The position numbers and the translations under genes are program-made. From a virus (lineage: Duplodnaviria; Caudoviricetes), in IMG/VR virus record IMGVR_UViG_3300004633_000009, positions 1 to 31,693 of that record: a DNA stretch of 31,693 nt. One strand, given 5' to 3'. Shown here piece by piece: positions 1 to 8,350 of the stretch; the first letter of the stretch is position 1, and every line of letters begins with the position of its first letter. A model generated the notes under the pieces. It saw only the letters and a program-made list of their open reading frames with translations. It was not told the origin of the DNA and did no database searches.

Positions 1-60
1 AGAACTCGGCGGCCCGCGCGATTCAGGTCGGCGATCTGATCTTCATGGGCCCGACGGCGA
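1..60. repeat. 60-bp terminal direct repeat (circular assembly overlap), left copy
   Basis: Identical to 31634-31693; a reading frame runs through the join. Confidence 0.97.
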
Positions 61-743
61 AGACGATCCAAGACCTCGAGGGCGCGTTTACCGGGGTGGC
101 GCGCACCGACGTCGCGAACGTCTTCACGGCGCTCCAGGAGCTGCAGCCGGCCGCCACGTTCTATCAACGCTACCGCGATCCGAGTCAGGCGAGTGGCGCG
201 CGCGTGTGGAACGCCGTGGCGGGGGCCGGCGACTGGTTCCTGCAACCCGCGGATGATGCCGGCAGCGGGGTCCTGTCGTATGCCTTGCGCGCGTCACGCG
301 GGGGCGACGTGTCCGCGCTTCGCGACCTGTACGAAAAACAGCGGACGGCCCCGGTCGGACACTGGATAGCCGTGGCGTACAGCGCCGGGTTGTTCTCCTC
401 GAACGTCGGCACGTGGACGGTGGAAGCCGGCGATCACGTCGCCTATTCGTACGCGCTGGTCGGCAAAACACTGTTCGTCACGTTTCAATTCAACGCCACA
501 TCGATTAGCGGCACAACACCGAATCGGTTGCTCGTCGCGCTGCCGTCCGGCCTGGCACCGAGCCTCTCGACGTTCGCGCCATTTGCCGCATCGGTCGACA
601 CGGCGACGACATTCGTGACGGCGTACGCGGTTCCGAACGGCACCAACCTCGAACTGCGGCGCGATCCGATTGGCAGTGGCACGTGGCCGATTGGATCAAA
701 CCATCTGTATTTGTTCGGCACGGCATTTTTCCCGATTGGGTGA
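1..743 (+). CDS. 3' part of tail fibre/receptor-binding-like protein (whole gene 31387 to 743 across the join, 329 aa)
   Basis: ORF 45..743 is in frame with ATG 31387; beta-rich C-terminus (YALVGKTLFVTF...LLVALP) typical of fibre head domains. Confidence 0.75.
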   Translation, partial: NSAARAIQVGDLIFMGPTAKTIQDLEGAFTGVARTDVANVFTALQELQPAATFYQRYRDPSQASGARVWNAVAGAGDWFLQPADDAGSGVLSYALRASRGGDVSALRDLYEKQRTAPVGHWIAVAYSAGLFSSNVGTWTVEAGDHVAYSYALVGKTLFVTFQFNATSISGTTPNRLLVALPSGLAPSLSTFAPFAASVDTATTFVTAYAVPNGTNLELRRDPIGSGTWPIGSNHLYLFGTAFFPIG

Positions 744-750
744 GGTACAC

Positions 751-1107
751 ATGGCTGTTGAACAGTCGGTCGCACAGATGGCCCTGACGCGCGACGTCGG
801 GCCGGGCGGCTTCATGGAACGCGTCACGACGTTGATGGCGCTCGTCGCGGGCGCAGTGTTGAAGGAGAGCGCGGGCGAGCCGTATCACACGCAGCGCGCC
901 TTGTACGCGCAGAAGGTGATCGAGCTGCCGCGACAGCGCGCGGAACAGGCGGGCCCGATCCTCGTCATGGGCGTCAACATCACGAGCACGACGACGTACG
1001 ACGAGGCAACCAAAGAGGCCGTCTGCACCGCGACCGACACACAGATCCAGGGCCAGATTCAAACGATGTGGAACACGTTCGCCGGCCTCGACACGCCGAC
1101 CGCCTGA
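751..1107 (+). CDS. Tail-associated hypothetical protein (118 aa), possible fibre assembly chaperone
   Basis: ATG 751 with GAGGT SD directly after the fibre gene; function inferred from position only. Confidence 0.7.
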   Translation: MAVEQSVAQMALTRDVGPGGFMERVTTLMALVAGAVLKESAGEPYHTQRALYAQKVIELPRQRAEQAGPILVMGVNITSTTTYDEATKEAVCTATDTQIQGQIQTMWNTFAGLDTPTA

Positions 1108-1121
1108 TCTGAACGGGTCGC

Positions 1122-3935
1122 ATGTTCGGCGGATTTGCCTTTGCGGCGGTCGCCTTCGGGCAGGCGTCAGCGGGCGGCGCCGCGGCGCTCGTCGCGCGGG
1201 CCACGCTCGCGATCGCGACGACGGCGCAGCTCGGGCTCGGGCCGGTCCTCGGCGCGAGCGTCACGATCACTGTCGGGACGAACACGCCCGCGCTCGCGTA
1301 TCCGGTCATGGCCGGCGCGGCGCGGATCGTCTGGTCCACGCGCGCACGGCTGACGGGCCCGTCGGGCGTCTTCGTCATCGTCAACGGCCAGGGCGGCGCG
1401 CGCGTCCGCTTTCCGAGCGTCACCATTCACGACGTACTCGGCGCGCAGCCGAACACCGCCGACCTCACGTTCGACAGCGAGGTGGCGTGCGGCGCCGCGG
1501 TGCAGATTGCGTACAACTCCCTCGCGCCGGCCGACCTGCTGTTCAGCGGGATGGCGCAGGAGCTCTCGCAGCAGTACGAGAGCCGGCCGGCGATCGAGTC
1601 GTGGCCGGCGAACCTGATCGATCACACCTTCGCAGCGAATAAGAAACGGCCGTTCGGGTCGTACGTCAACGTCTCGATCACGACGATCGCGCAGGACGTG
1701 ATCACGAAGTTCGCGCCGCCCGGCTTCACGGCCGCCATCGATGCCGGCCTCGACACCGCGTCGATCAACTTCGACGGGTCCGAACCGCTCGTCTCCTGCC
1801 TCAATCAACTGGCCACGTTGTGCGGCGGCCGCGTCAAGGTCGAGTACACGCGCACGATCCGGCTGTATATCCCGCCGGACGCTAGCACGCCGCCACCCGA
1901 TCCGCTCGATGCGACGCACCCGCCGATCAACGACCCGCCGATCACGTTCGCAACCGACGACTCGCAATCGCGCACGCGCGTCTACGGCAAAGGCCACGGC
2001 GAGAGCGTGCCGACGGACGTACTGGCGAACGAGACGATCCTGCCGATCGCCGATGCGGTCATGTTCACGGCGACGGGCGGCCAAGCGATCGCGGCCCTGA
2101 CGCCGGACGCGGCGCAGACCCTGCGGATCGCCTATACCGGCGTCGCGCTCGGCGGCGGCGGATCGCTGGTGGGCCCGGGCGTCGGGCCGGCGACGGCGCC
2201 CACGGTGACGCCGGCGCCCGGGACGGGCCTGGCGGTCGGCGCGTATTCGTACGCCTACACGCACGTGACCGCGGCCGGCGAATCATTGCCGAGTCCCCTC
2301 GGCGGCGCGCTGACGGGCCTCTTGCCGGCGCCGGCGACGGCGCCGACGCCCGGGACGCCGACGAGCGGCGCGGGGCCCGACATCGGGACGCACAGTTACG
2401 CGTGTACGTTCGTGACGGCGACCGGCGAAACGCTCCCGGGCCCGACGGCCGCGATCACGGTCGGCGTCGCGGCGCCGCCGTCGGCGCTTGGGCCGATCAC
2501 GCAAAACGTCAACGTCGGCAATGCGCTGTGGTTCGTCGGCGATTCGCTGCAATGGGAAATCACGTACGTCACCGCGGTGGGCGAAACGACCGCGAGTCCG
2601 CTATCGACGGCCGTGGTCTCGGTCGCGTGGAACGGCAACCCGTCCATCGCGGCCGAAGTCACAATTAGCGGGATCCCCGTGTCGGCGAGTGGCGCGGTGA
2701 CGAGTAAGAAGCTGTACCGCAAAGTCAACGGCACGTATAACCGCGCGGGGAGTGGTTTCTATGCGGGGTTCGTGTTGACGTTGACGCCGGGGCAAACGTC
2801 CGTCATTGATAACGCGTCGACCGGATCGCAAACGGGTCCCCCGTCGACCAATACCGCCGGCGGCAATCAAGTGCCGCTGTCGGCGATCCCGATCGGCGCC
2901 GCCGGCGTCACCCAACGGAAGATCTACCGGACGGCGGCCGGCGCCGCCCAGTTGAAACTGGTCGCCACGATCGCCGATAACGCGACGACGACGTACACCG
3001 ACACCACGACGGATGCCGGGCTCGGCGCGCCCGTCCCGACGACGGGCACGGCGATCGCGCAACAAGTCACCGTCGCCGCGGTCGCGCTCGGCCCGTCGTC
3101 GGTGACGGCTCGCAAGGTGTACCGGACGGCCGTCAATGGATCACAACTGAAACTCCTGCCGACGGGCACTACGTTTGGCAACAACACGACGACGGGCCCA
3201 TACCTCGATGCGAATCCCGACGCGGCGCTTGGCGCGAATGCCCCGACGGGTGACGCGTCGGGCCTCGCGCAAGGGAGCGGGCAAGTGTTGGCGGGCGCGA
3301 CGGCGATCCCGACGGCCGGCGCGGGTCCGTTTGCCGCCGGCGGCGGCTGGGCGATCGCCGGGCAACAATGGATTCGCTATACCGGCATCAGCGGCAACAC
3401 GTTGACGGGGATCCCGGCGACCGGGCCCGGCGCGATCACGACAACGATCTTGTACGGCAGTCAGCTGTTGCCCGGGCCCGCGCTCGTCGGCGTAACCGGC
3501 GTGACGGCGGCGCTCTTGAAAGGATCGGCGGTACACATCTGGGTGCAGCGCGACGACGTCGCCGCGCAAACGGCGCTCGGGCAACTCGAGCGCAACCCCG
3601 ACGGCTCGGCCACCGACGGCATCCGCGAATATCTGATCGTCGACGAGCGCCGCGGCGAAGCCAGTCTGACCGACCTGTGCGATGCGGACCTGGCGCGGTT
3701 CGCGCGCCCGATCGTCACCGCGGCCTACAACACCTTTGACCGCAAGACGAAAGCCGGGCTCGTGGTGCACATCAATCTCCCGAGCTACGGGCCGGTCGGC
3801 GATTTCCTGATTCAGAACGTGACGATCACGATCGACCCGACGCCGACGGGCACACCGCGCTACGCGGTGAAAGCGTCGTCGTCGAAGTTCACGTTTGCCG
3901 ACTTGCTGCAGCGCGTACTGTTCGTGAGTCGCTGA
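1122..3935 (+). CDS. Large minor tail/tail-tip hub-like protein with nested internal repeats (937 aa)
   Basis: Long Thr/Gly/Ala-rich ORF at the end of the tail module; TRVYGKG motif; repeated YxxTxVTAxGE(T/S) and RKxYRT motifs. Confidence 0.8.
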   Translation: MFGGFAFAAVAFGQASAGGAAALVARATLAIATTAQLGLGPVLGASVTITVGTNTPALAYPVMAGAARIVWSTRARLTGPSGVFVIVNGQGGARVRFPSVTIHDVLGAQPNTADLTFDSEVACGAAVQIAYNSLAPADLLFSGMAQELSQQYESRPAIESWPANLIDHTFAANKKRPFGSYVNVSITTIAQDVITKFAPPGFTAAIDAGLDTASINFDGSEPLVSCLNQLATLCGGRVKVEYTRTIRLYIPPDASTPPPDPLDATHPPINDPPITFATDDSQSRTRVYGKGHGESVPTDVLANETILPIADAVMFTATGGQAIAALTPDAAQTLRIAYTGVALGGGGSLVGPGVGPATAPTVTPAPGTGLAVGAYSYAYTHVTAAGESLPSPLGGALTGLLPAPATAPTPGTPTSGAGPDIGTHSYACTFVTATGETLPGPTAAITVGVAAPPSALGPITQNVNVGNALWFVGDSLQWEITYVTAVGETTASPLSTAVVSVAWNGNPSIAAEVTISGIPVSASGAVTSKKLYRKVNGTYNRAGSGFYAGFVLTLTPGQTSVIDNASTGSQTGPPSTNTAGGNQVPLSAIPIGAAGVTQRKIYRTAAGAAQLKLVATIADNATTTYTDTTTDAGLGAPVPTTGTAIAQQVTVAAVALGPSSVTARKVYRTAVNGSQLKLLPTGTTFGNNTTTGPYLDANPDAALGANAPTGDASGLAQGSGQVLAGATAIPTAGAGPFAAGGGWAIAGQQWIRYTGISGNTLTGIPATGPGAITTTILYGSQLLPGPALVGVTGVTAALLKGSAVHIWVQRDDVAAQTALGQLERNPDGSATDGIREYLIVDERRGEASLTDLCDADLARFARPIVTAAYNTFDRKTKAGLVVHINLPSYGPVGDFLIQNVTITIDPTPTGTPRYAVKASSSKFTFADLLQRVLFVSR

Positions 3936-3946
3936 GGGATCACCCC

Positions 3947-4162
3947 ATGAACCGACGAGACTTCTTCGCCCTCGCGGCCGGCGTGACCGCCGCGACCGCT
4001 GGCACCAGCGGCGGCGGCAGCTACGGCGTGATCACGATCGCAGGGCACCGCGCGCACCAGCTCGCCACCGGCGAGACGCTGCACGTCTGGGTGGACGGCC
4101 AGGACGTCACGCGCGACTGTTACGAGGCCGACACGATCTGTTCGGCCTCGTCGCGATCATAG
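3947..4162 (+). CDS. Small protein with twin-arginine (Tat)-like N-terminus, possibly C-terminally truncated
   Basis: MNRRDFFALAAG start; GAGGGA SD upstream. Confidence 0.6.
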   Translation: MNRRDFFALAAGVTAATAGTSGGGSYGVITIAGHRAHQLATGETLHVWVDGQDVTRDCYEADTICSASSRS

Positions 4163-4263
4163 CGGCCGGCCGCGCTGATGTCTGTCGTGTACCCCATGCG
4201 GCCGGGCCGCCACCAGGCGCCGTGCTCCATGGACCACACGAGAAACCGATCACCCGCGGGCAT
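4120..4263 (-). CDS. Small phage protein (47 aa, absent from ORF track) MPAGDRFLVWSMEHGAWWRPGRMGYTTDISAAGRYDRDEAEQIVSAS
   Basis: Hand-translated; WSxEHxAWWRPxxxGYT...AGRY pattern that I recall from small phage proteins; overlaps the stop of the upstream minus-strand gene. Confidence 0.7.
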   Translation of the reverse strand: MPAGDRFLVWSMEHGAWWRPGRMGYTTDISAAGRYDRDEAEQIVSAS

Positions 4264-4546
4264 CGGCACGTCGCGCGCGGAGCGGTGGACGTCCTCGCGT
4301 GGATTCGTCGCCGCGGCGAATCACCTCGAGGACCGTCGGGCAGTCGGCGAAAAACCCGCGCGCATGCTCCACGAAGGTACGAATGAAGTAGTGGTGATCG
4401 TCAGAGAGCTCTGGGTGGCGCGCGGCGAGCTGCAGGAGCCCCACAGCGCGCAGCATCGACGACGCGGAGAAATGAAACTCGCACGCGCCTTTCGTGGACA
4501 TCTCGCGCGCCATTGCTTGAAGGGTGTCGTCATCGGCGTCTGCCAT
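4250..4546 (-). CDS. Hypothetical protein (98 aa, MADADDD...LLQLAARHP)
   Basis: ATG at 4546 with GGAGG SD; in frame with track ORF 4250..4642. Confidence 0.75.
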   Translation of the reverse strand: MADADDDTLQAMAREMSTKGACEFHFSASSMLRAVGLLQLAARHPELSDDHHYFIRTFVEHARGFFADCPTVLEVIRRGDESTRGRPPLRARRADARG

Positions 4547-4710
4547 GGATCTGCCTCCGAAGTCAATACAGCGAAACCCTCTTGGACTTTGGTCCCGATC
4601 GCTCTGCACGCCGCCTGTATGCCGATCATGCGAGGACACCAAGTGTACGAATTGTCAAGGCGTTCGATCTTGTAATTGGTGCTGATTGCACACCATGTAA
4701 ACATCGCATG

Positions 4711-4739
4711 TTGATTTCGCTAACGTCTCGGCGTACGGT
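4711..4739 (+). promoter_or_regulatory. Candidate sigma70 promoter TTGATT-N17-TACGGT for ORF 4780
   Basis: Correct spacing in AT-rich intergenic DNA; AACAT-N3-ATGTT inverted repeat (4700-4712) touches the -35. Confidence 0.45.
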
Positions 4740-4779
4740 GTGGCGTGCGGTTGTTTCTGTTTCCATAGGGGCGGCGGCG

Positions 4780-4995
4780 ATGATCGAGAGCCGGCGGCGA
4801 CCCGTTCGTATCACGATCCCCGCAGCGGACGCGCGATTGCTGCGGGCCTTTTATCGGCTACCCGAGCATCAGCAAGCTACCGGGCGCTTGATGCTTTGGG
4901 AACTCGTCTCGGCGACTTTGGGCGTATCAGATCCTCGCAGAGCCGTACGACGTTTGCCCGCGTCGACGGTTTCATCGCGCGGTACATCTCGATAA
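4780..4995 (+). CDS. Small protein (71 aa) convergent with the repressor; candidate antirepressor
   Basis: ATG 4780 downstream of a promoter-like sequence; DARLLRAFYRLP matches the repressor C-terminal helix pattern. Confidence 0.5.
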   Translation: MIESRRRPVRITIPAADARLLRAFYRLPEHQQATGRLMLWELVSATLGVSDPRRAVRRLPASTVSSRGTSR

Positions 4996-5272
4996 GGTGC
5001 CCTTCCGTGGTGTCAGCCGGCGTGTCCAACAGCGCGAACAACGTGTGCCCGAACGCGAACGCGATCTGTTCCAGAGTTTCGATGTCGGCGTCGTGCGCGC
5101 CTGAAAGGTACCGCGACATCCACGGCTGATCCTTCCCGATGCGGACCGCTAACACGGCCTGGCTGGTGTGCGTCAACTCCAGCCATTGCTGGACGCGCCG
5201 ACGGGCGCGAGCGGAAATCGGGAGCGGGTCGGACGGCGGCGTAGGCATCCCGTCCACGATAAGCGACTCCAT
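4877..5272 (-). CDS. XRE-family HTH prophage repressor (CI-like, no S24 peptidase domain); alternative start 5248
   Basis: SQAVLAVRIGKDQPWMSRYLSG HTH; divergent from cro-like gene. Confidence 0.88.
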   Translation of the reverse strand: MESLIVDGMPTPPSDPLPISARARRRVQQWLELTHTSQAVLAVRIGKDQPWMSRYLSGAHDADIETLEQIAFAFGHTLFALLDTPADTTEGHLIEMYRAMKPSTRANVVRLCEDLIRPKSPRRVPKASSAR

Positions 5273-5288
5273 CCGTAGTTGAGTAACG

Positions 5289-5344
5289 ACGATACATTAG
5301 ATGCATATACTTGACAAGGGGCGTTTGGAGCATAAACATAATGC
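5289..5344. promoter_or_regulatory. Divergent switch promoters with overlapping -35 boxes and a candidate operator
   Basis: Plus strand TTGACA 5311-5316 (weak -10); minus strand TTGTCA(5317-5312)-N17-TATCGT(5294-5289); GCAT-N7-ATGC at 5330-5344. Confidence 0.65.
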
Positions 5345-5359
5345 CGATTCAGCAAGCCT

Positions 5360-5602
5360 ATGTCGAAACGCGTTCGTCTGACGAACCCGCGCCGTCGCCG
5401 CCGATTTCCGAACTTGGCGGCCTATCTCATGCTGACCGGCGACTCGCAACTCGATGTCGCCGAAGCGGTTGGGACCACGCAGGCCCAGATCTCCCGGATC
5501 GTTCGAGGGTTGAGCATTCCGCGCCACTCGCTGGCGCGGAAGCTCGCTGAGCATTGCCGGATCCCCATCGAATCGTTTGTGCGGGAGTACACCGGGCGCT
5601 AA
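5360..5602 (+). CDS. Cro-like XRE HTH regulator
   Basis: SQLDVAEAVGTTQAQISRIVRG HTH; first gene of the early operon. Confidence 0.88.
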   Translation: MSKRVRLTNPRRRRRFPNLAAYLMLTGDSQLDVAEAVGTTQAQISRIVRGLSIPRHSLARKLAEHCRIPIESFVREYTGR

Positions 5603-5627
5603 ACACCGAGCGTAAAGGAATCGTTTT

Positions 5628-6770
5628 ATGTCAGAGAGGCGCGACCTTCCTGAACCGTCCACGTTGCCGGCGCCGACGCGGCCGATCGGCACGATCGGTC
5701 AACAACCCTTCGGCATCGCACCGCACACCTTCGATGAAGCGTGGCGGTTTGCGAACTTCCTGGCCGAGTCCGCGCTGGTGCCGAAAGACTTCCGCGGCAA
5801 GCCGGGCGACGTGCTCGTGGCGTTGCAGCTGGGCGCGGAGGTCGGCCTGCCGCCGATGCAGAGCATGCAGAGCATCGCGGTAATCAATGGCCGCCCGTCG
5901 ATCTGGGGCGATGGGTTTCTCGCGCTGCTCGTCGCGTCGAAGGTCTATCGCGACCACGATGAGTACTACGAGGTCGGCGTCGAGCAGACGGCGCTCGAGG
6001 TGCGCGACCCGGCGCGCGGCCCCGAGGAAGTGCGCAAGCGCGTGCTGGTGCGCTGCGCCGGCTTGACCACCGAAGACCTGAAGCAGTCCGACACCGCGGC
6101 GGTGTGCACGTTCTACCGCCGCGATCGCGAGGCGCCGATCACGCGACGCTTCACGATCGGGCAGGCGCGCCAGGCGCATCTGATCGGCAAAGAAGGTCCA
6201 TGGTCGACGTATCCCGATCGCATGCTCGCAATGCGCGCGCGCTCGTGGGCCGGCCGCGATGCGTTCCCCGATGTGTTGCGCGGCCTGGTCGCCGCCGAGG
6301 AAGCGCGCGATCTCGATACAGTCGATGCGGAGTACCGCGTGGCGCCGCAACGCGCGAGTGCGACGCTTCCAGCTTCGGCGGCTGCTCTCAGCACCGTCGA
6401 GGCGCCACCGACGGAGCTCGCCGACTCGCGCCCGGCGACTCCGCACGGGGCGCCGACGAAGGATCGAACGAGTCCGCCGGCCGCGGTCACCATGCCGCCG
6501 GCGCGCGGCCTGCGGATCACGCACACCGAATACGTGACACCGGCCGATGGTGAGCCGTACTACCGCATCAGCGCCGAGGGCGCGAGCGGCACGTGGGTGT
6601 TCGAGACGTTCGACGCCGGCACGTTCAAAGAAGCGCAGTCGTTCGAGGGCACCGATCACCAGGTGGTCATCACGTGGGAACCCACGAAGACGGCGCAACG
6701 CATCGCGAAGCGGATCTGTACGCTCGCGATCGATGAGGCGCCCGTCGGACCGTCGCTGTTCACGTCGTAA
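5628..6770 (+). CDS. recT: RecT-like ssDNA annealing recombinase with extra C-terminal domain
   Basis: GAEVGLPPMQSMQSIAVINGRPSIWGD and WSTYPDRML..RA...RDAFPDVLRG motifs; AAAGGA SD. Confidence 0.85.
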   Translation: MSERRDLPEPSTLPAPTRPIGTIGQQPFGIAPHTFDEAWRFANFLAESALVPKDFRGKPGDVLVALQLGAEVGLPPMQSMQSIAVINGRPSIWGDGFLALLVASKVYRDHDEYYEVGVEQTALEVRDPARGPEEVRKRVLVRCAGLTTEDLKQSDTAAVCTFYRRDREAPITRRFTIGQARQAHLIGKEGPWSTYPDRMLAMRARSWAGRDAFPDVLRGLVAAEEARDLDTVDAEYRVAPQRASATLPASAAALSTVEAPPTELADSRPATPHGAPTKDRTSPPAAVTMPPARGLRITHTEYVTPADGEPYYRISAEGASGTWVFETFDAGTFKEAQSFEGTDHQVVITWEPTKTAQRIAKRICTLAIDEAPVGPSLFTS

Positions 6771-6785
6771 GCGAGCGCGCGCGCG

Positions 6786-7439
6786 ATGGCTCTGGAGTTT
6801 GATCCCGCGACGCACGCCTACAGGCTCGACGGCGCACCCGTCCCGGGCGCGACGCAGATCTTGCGCGACGCCGGCCTCGTGTGCTTCGACGGCATTCCGC
6901 AGTACATCCTCGAGCGCGCGCGCGAGCGCGGGAGCGCGGTCCATCAACTCTGCCACTACCTGAACGAGCGCGATCTGAACTGGGCGTCGGTCGATCCGCA
7001 CTACCGCCCGTACCTCGACGCGTGGATCACGTTCTGTGAAACGTCGGCGCTCGTGGTGCTGCTCTGCGAGTACCGCGTCGCCTCGCGCCGGCATCGCACC
7101 GCCGGCACGCTCGACGTGCTCGGCGAAATCGGCGACGTCGGCTGGTTGCTCGATTACAAGACCGGCGATCCGAACGACGTCGCGGCGGACCTGCAAACCG
7201 CGGCGTACCTCGGGATGGCCACGGAGCAAGCGGCCACGGATCCGGAGCTCGCGGCGGTGCTCGGTCGGCACGCGCACTGGCGGCGCGCGGCGGTGCGCCT
7301 GCGCAACACCGGGCGCGTGAACGTGACGGAGTACACGAACCCGCGGGACTACGGGTCGTTTCAAATGTTGGCGGCGGCCTGGCACATTCGCGCGAGCCGC
7401 GGCGCGGTGTCGCTGCCGATCGAGGAACTGGTCGCATGA
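6786..7439 (+). CDS. PD-(D/E)XK exonuclease (recombination partner, Cas4-like fold)
   Basis: RGSAVH, AGTLD, LDYKTG and LQTAAY motifs; adjacent to recT. Confidence 0.85.
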   Translation: MALEFDPATHAYRLDGAPVPGATQILRDAGLVCFDGIPQYILERARERGSAVHQLCHYLNERDLNWASVDPHYRPYLDAWITFCETSALVVLLCEYRVASRRHRTAGTLDVLGEIGDVGWLLDYKTGDPNDVAADLQTAAYLGMATEQAATDPELAAVLGRHAHWRRAAVRLRNTGRVNVTEYTNPRDYGSFQMLAAAWHIRASRGAVSLPIEELVA

Positions 7440-8350
7440 ACATCGCCCAATTTCCGAAGACGAGATCGCTGCCGCCGATCCCTGAGCCCGGGCAACTGAC
7501 ACCCGAGGAACGGAACGTTTGGGATTGGCTGATGCAGGGCACCAGCTTCGACACGATGGTGATCGATCTGACGCCACGCCTCGCGCGCCTGCTGCTGTCC
7601 CGCGTCGCCGAAAACCGAAAACTCCGTCCGGCGACTGTGCATCGGTACCAGCGGCAGATGGAGCGAAAACAGTGGCTGCTGACGCACCAGGGCATCGCCA
7701 TTTCGACGCGGTACGAAATGATCGACGGGCAACACCGGTGTGTTGCCGTAGTCGAATCAGGCGCCACGATCGAAATCCTCGCGGTGCGCGGGGTTTCGCA
7801 GGACGCCATGATCGTGCTCGACAGCGGGGCGATTCGCACGGATACCGAAGCCATTCAATTCAGCGATGTCGGGCTACGTGATCTGGATCCAACGGAGTCG
7901 AACACCGCAAAACGAATGATGCGAGGTCGGCGCGGTGTCTCGCGTGAGGACGTGCGCGCGTTTATCCATCGACACCGCGAGGCAATCCGGGCGGTCTGCA
8001 ACGTTCTGCTGCGGAAGTCGGACGGCAGCAAAAACAAGATCATCAACGTTACGACCTACGATGTCGTTGCCGTCTTAGCTCGGGCGATGTACCACGCACC
8101 ACACGAGCAGGTCTTGGCCGGCGCCCGTTTTCTTGCGAGCGGCGAGCAAGAGAGCAACGAACAACTGCAACCGCTGTTGGTTCTGCGGGAGTGGTTGCTT
8201 GGGGCAACAAAAAAGCAGCTGCGGCAACGCTACGGCAAAACCGCCAAGGCCGTTCACGCGTACCTCAATGGGCGTCAGATCCCCAATCGACAAAAGTTGC
8301 TCGAAGCGCAGGACGAACTCTTCCCGTTACCAGAGGAGTTGGTCGCGTGA
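7436..8350 (+). CDS. ParB/Srx-like DGQHR-motif protein
   Basis: NRKL...RY..QM...W.LTHQGIAI...IDGQHR..AVVESG. Confidence 0.8.
   Translation: MNIAQFPKTRSLPPIPEPGQLTPEERNVWDWLMQGTSFDTMVIDLTPRLARLLLSRVAENRKLRPATVHRYQRQMERKQWLLTHQGIAISTRYEMIDGQHRCVAVVESGATIEILAVRGVSQDAMIVLDSGAIRTDTEAIQFSDVGLRDLDPTESNTAKRMMRGRRGVSREDVRAFIHRHREAIRAVCNVLLRKSDGSKNKIINVTTYDVVAVLARAMYHAPHEQVLAGARFLASGEQESNEQLQPLLVLREWLLGATKKQLRQRYGKTAKAVHAYLNGRQIPNRQKLLEAQDELFPLPEELVA

Noticed and set aside
1-60. Terminal repeat as a biological direct terminal repeat
   Set aside because: It falls mid-gene and the packaging module looks cos-type; best explained as assembler overlap
1-3935. Diversity-generating retroelement or invertible tail cassette
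   Set aside because: No reverse transcriptase or invertase, and no template/variable repeat pair noticed
4640-4780. LexA box upstream of the candidate antirepressor
   Set aside because: No convincing match to CTGT-N8-ACAG, GAAC-N4-GTTC or GTTC-N7-GTTC; only an unassigned AACAT-N3-ATGTT repeat
5631-7577. Long antisense ORFs (648 aa here; also 25017-26426, 25838-27175, 29704-30804, 1167-2264)
   Set aside because: They shadow well-supported plus-strand genes, are Arg/Ala-rich without motifs, and are expected in high-GC DNA
7436-8350. DNA phosphorothioation (Dnd) system suggested by the DGQHR motif
   Set aside because: No dndA/C/D/E-like genes; the motif is widespread in ParB/Srx-like phage proteins
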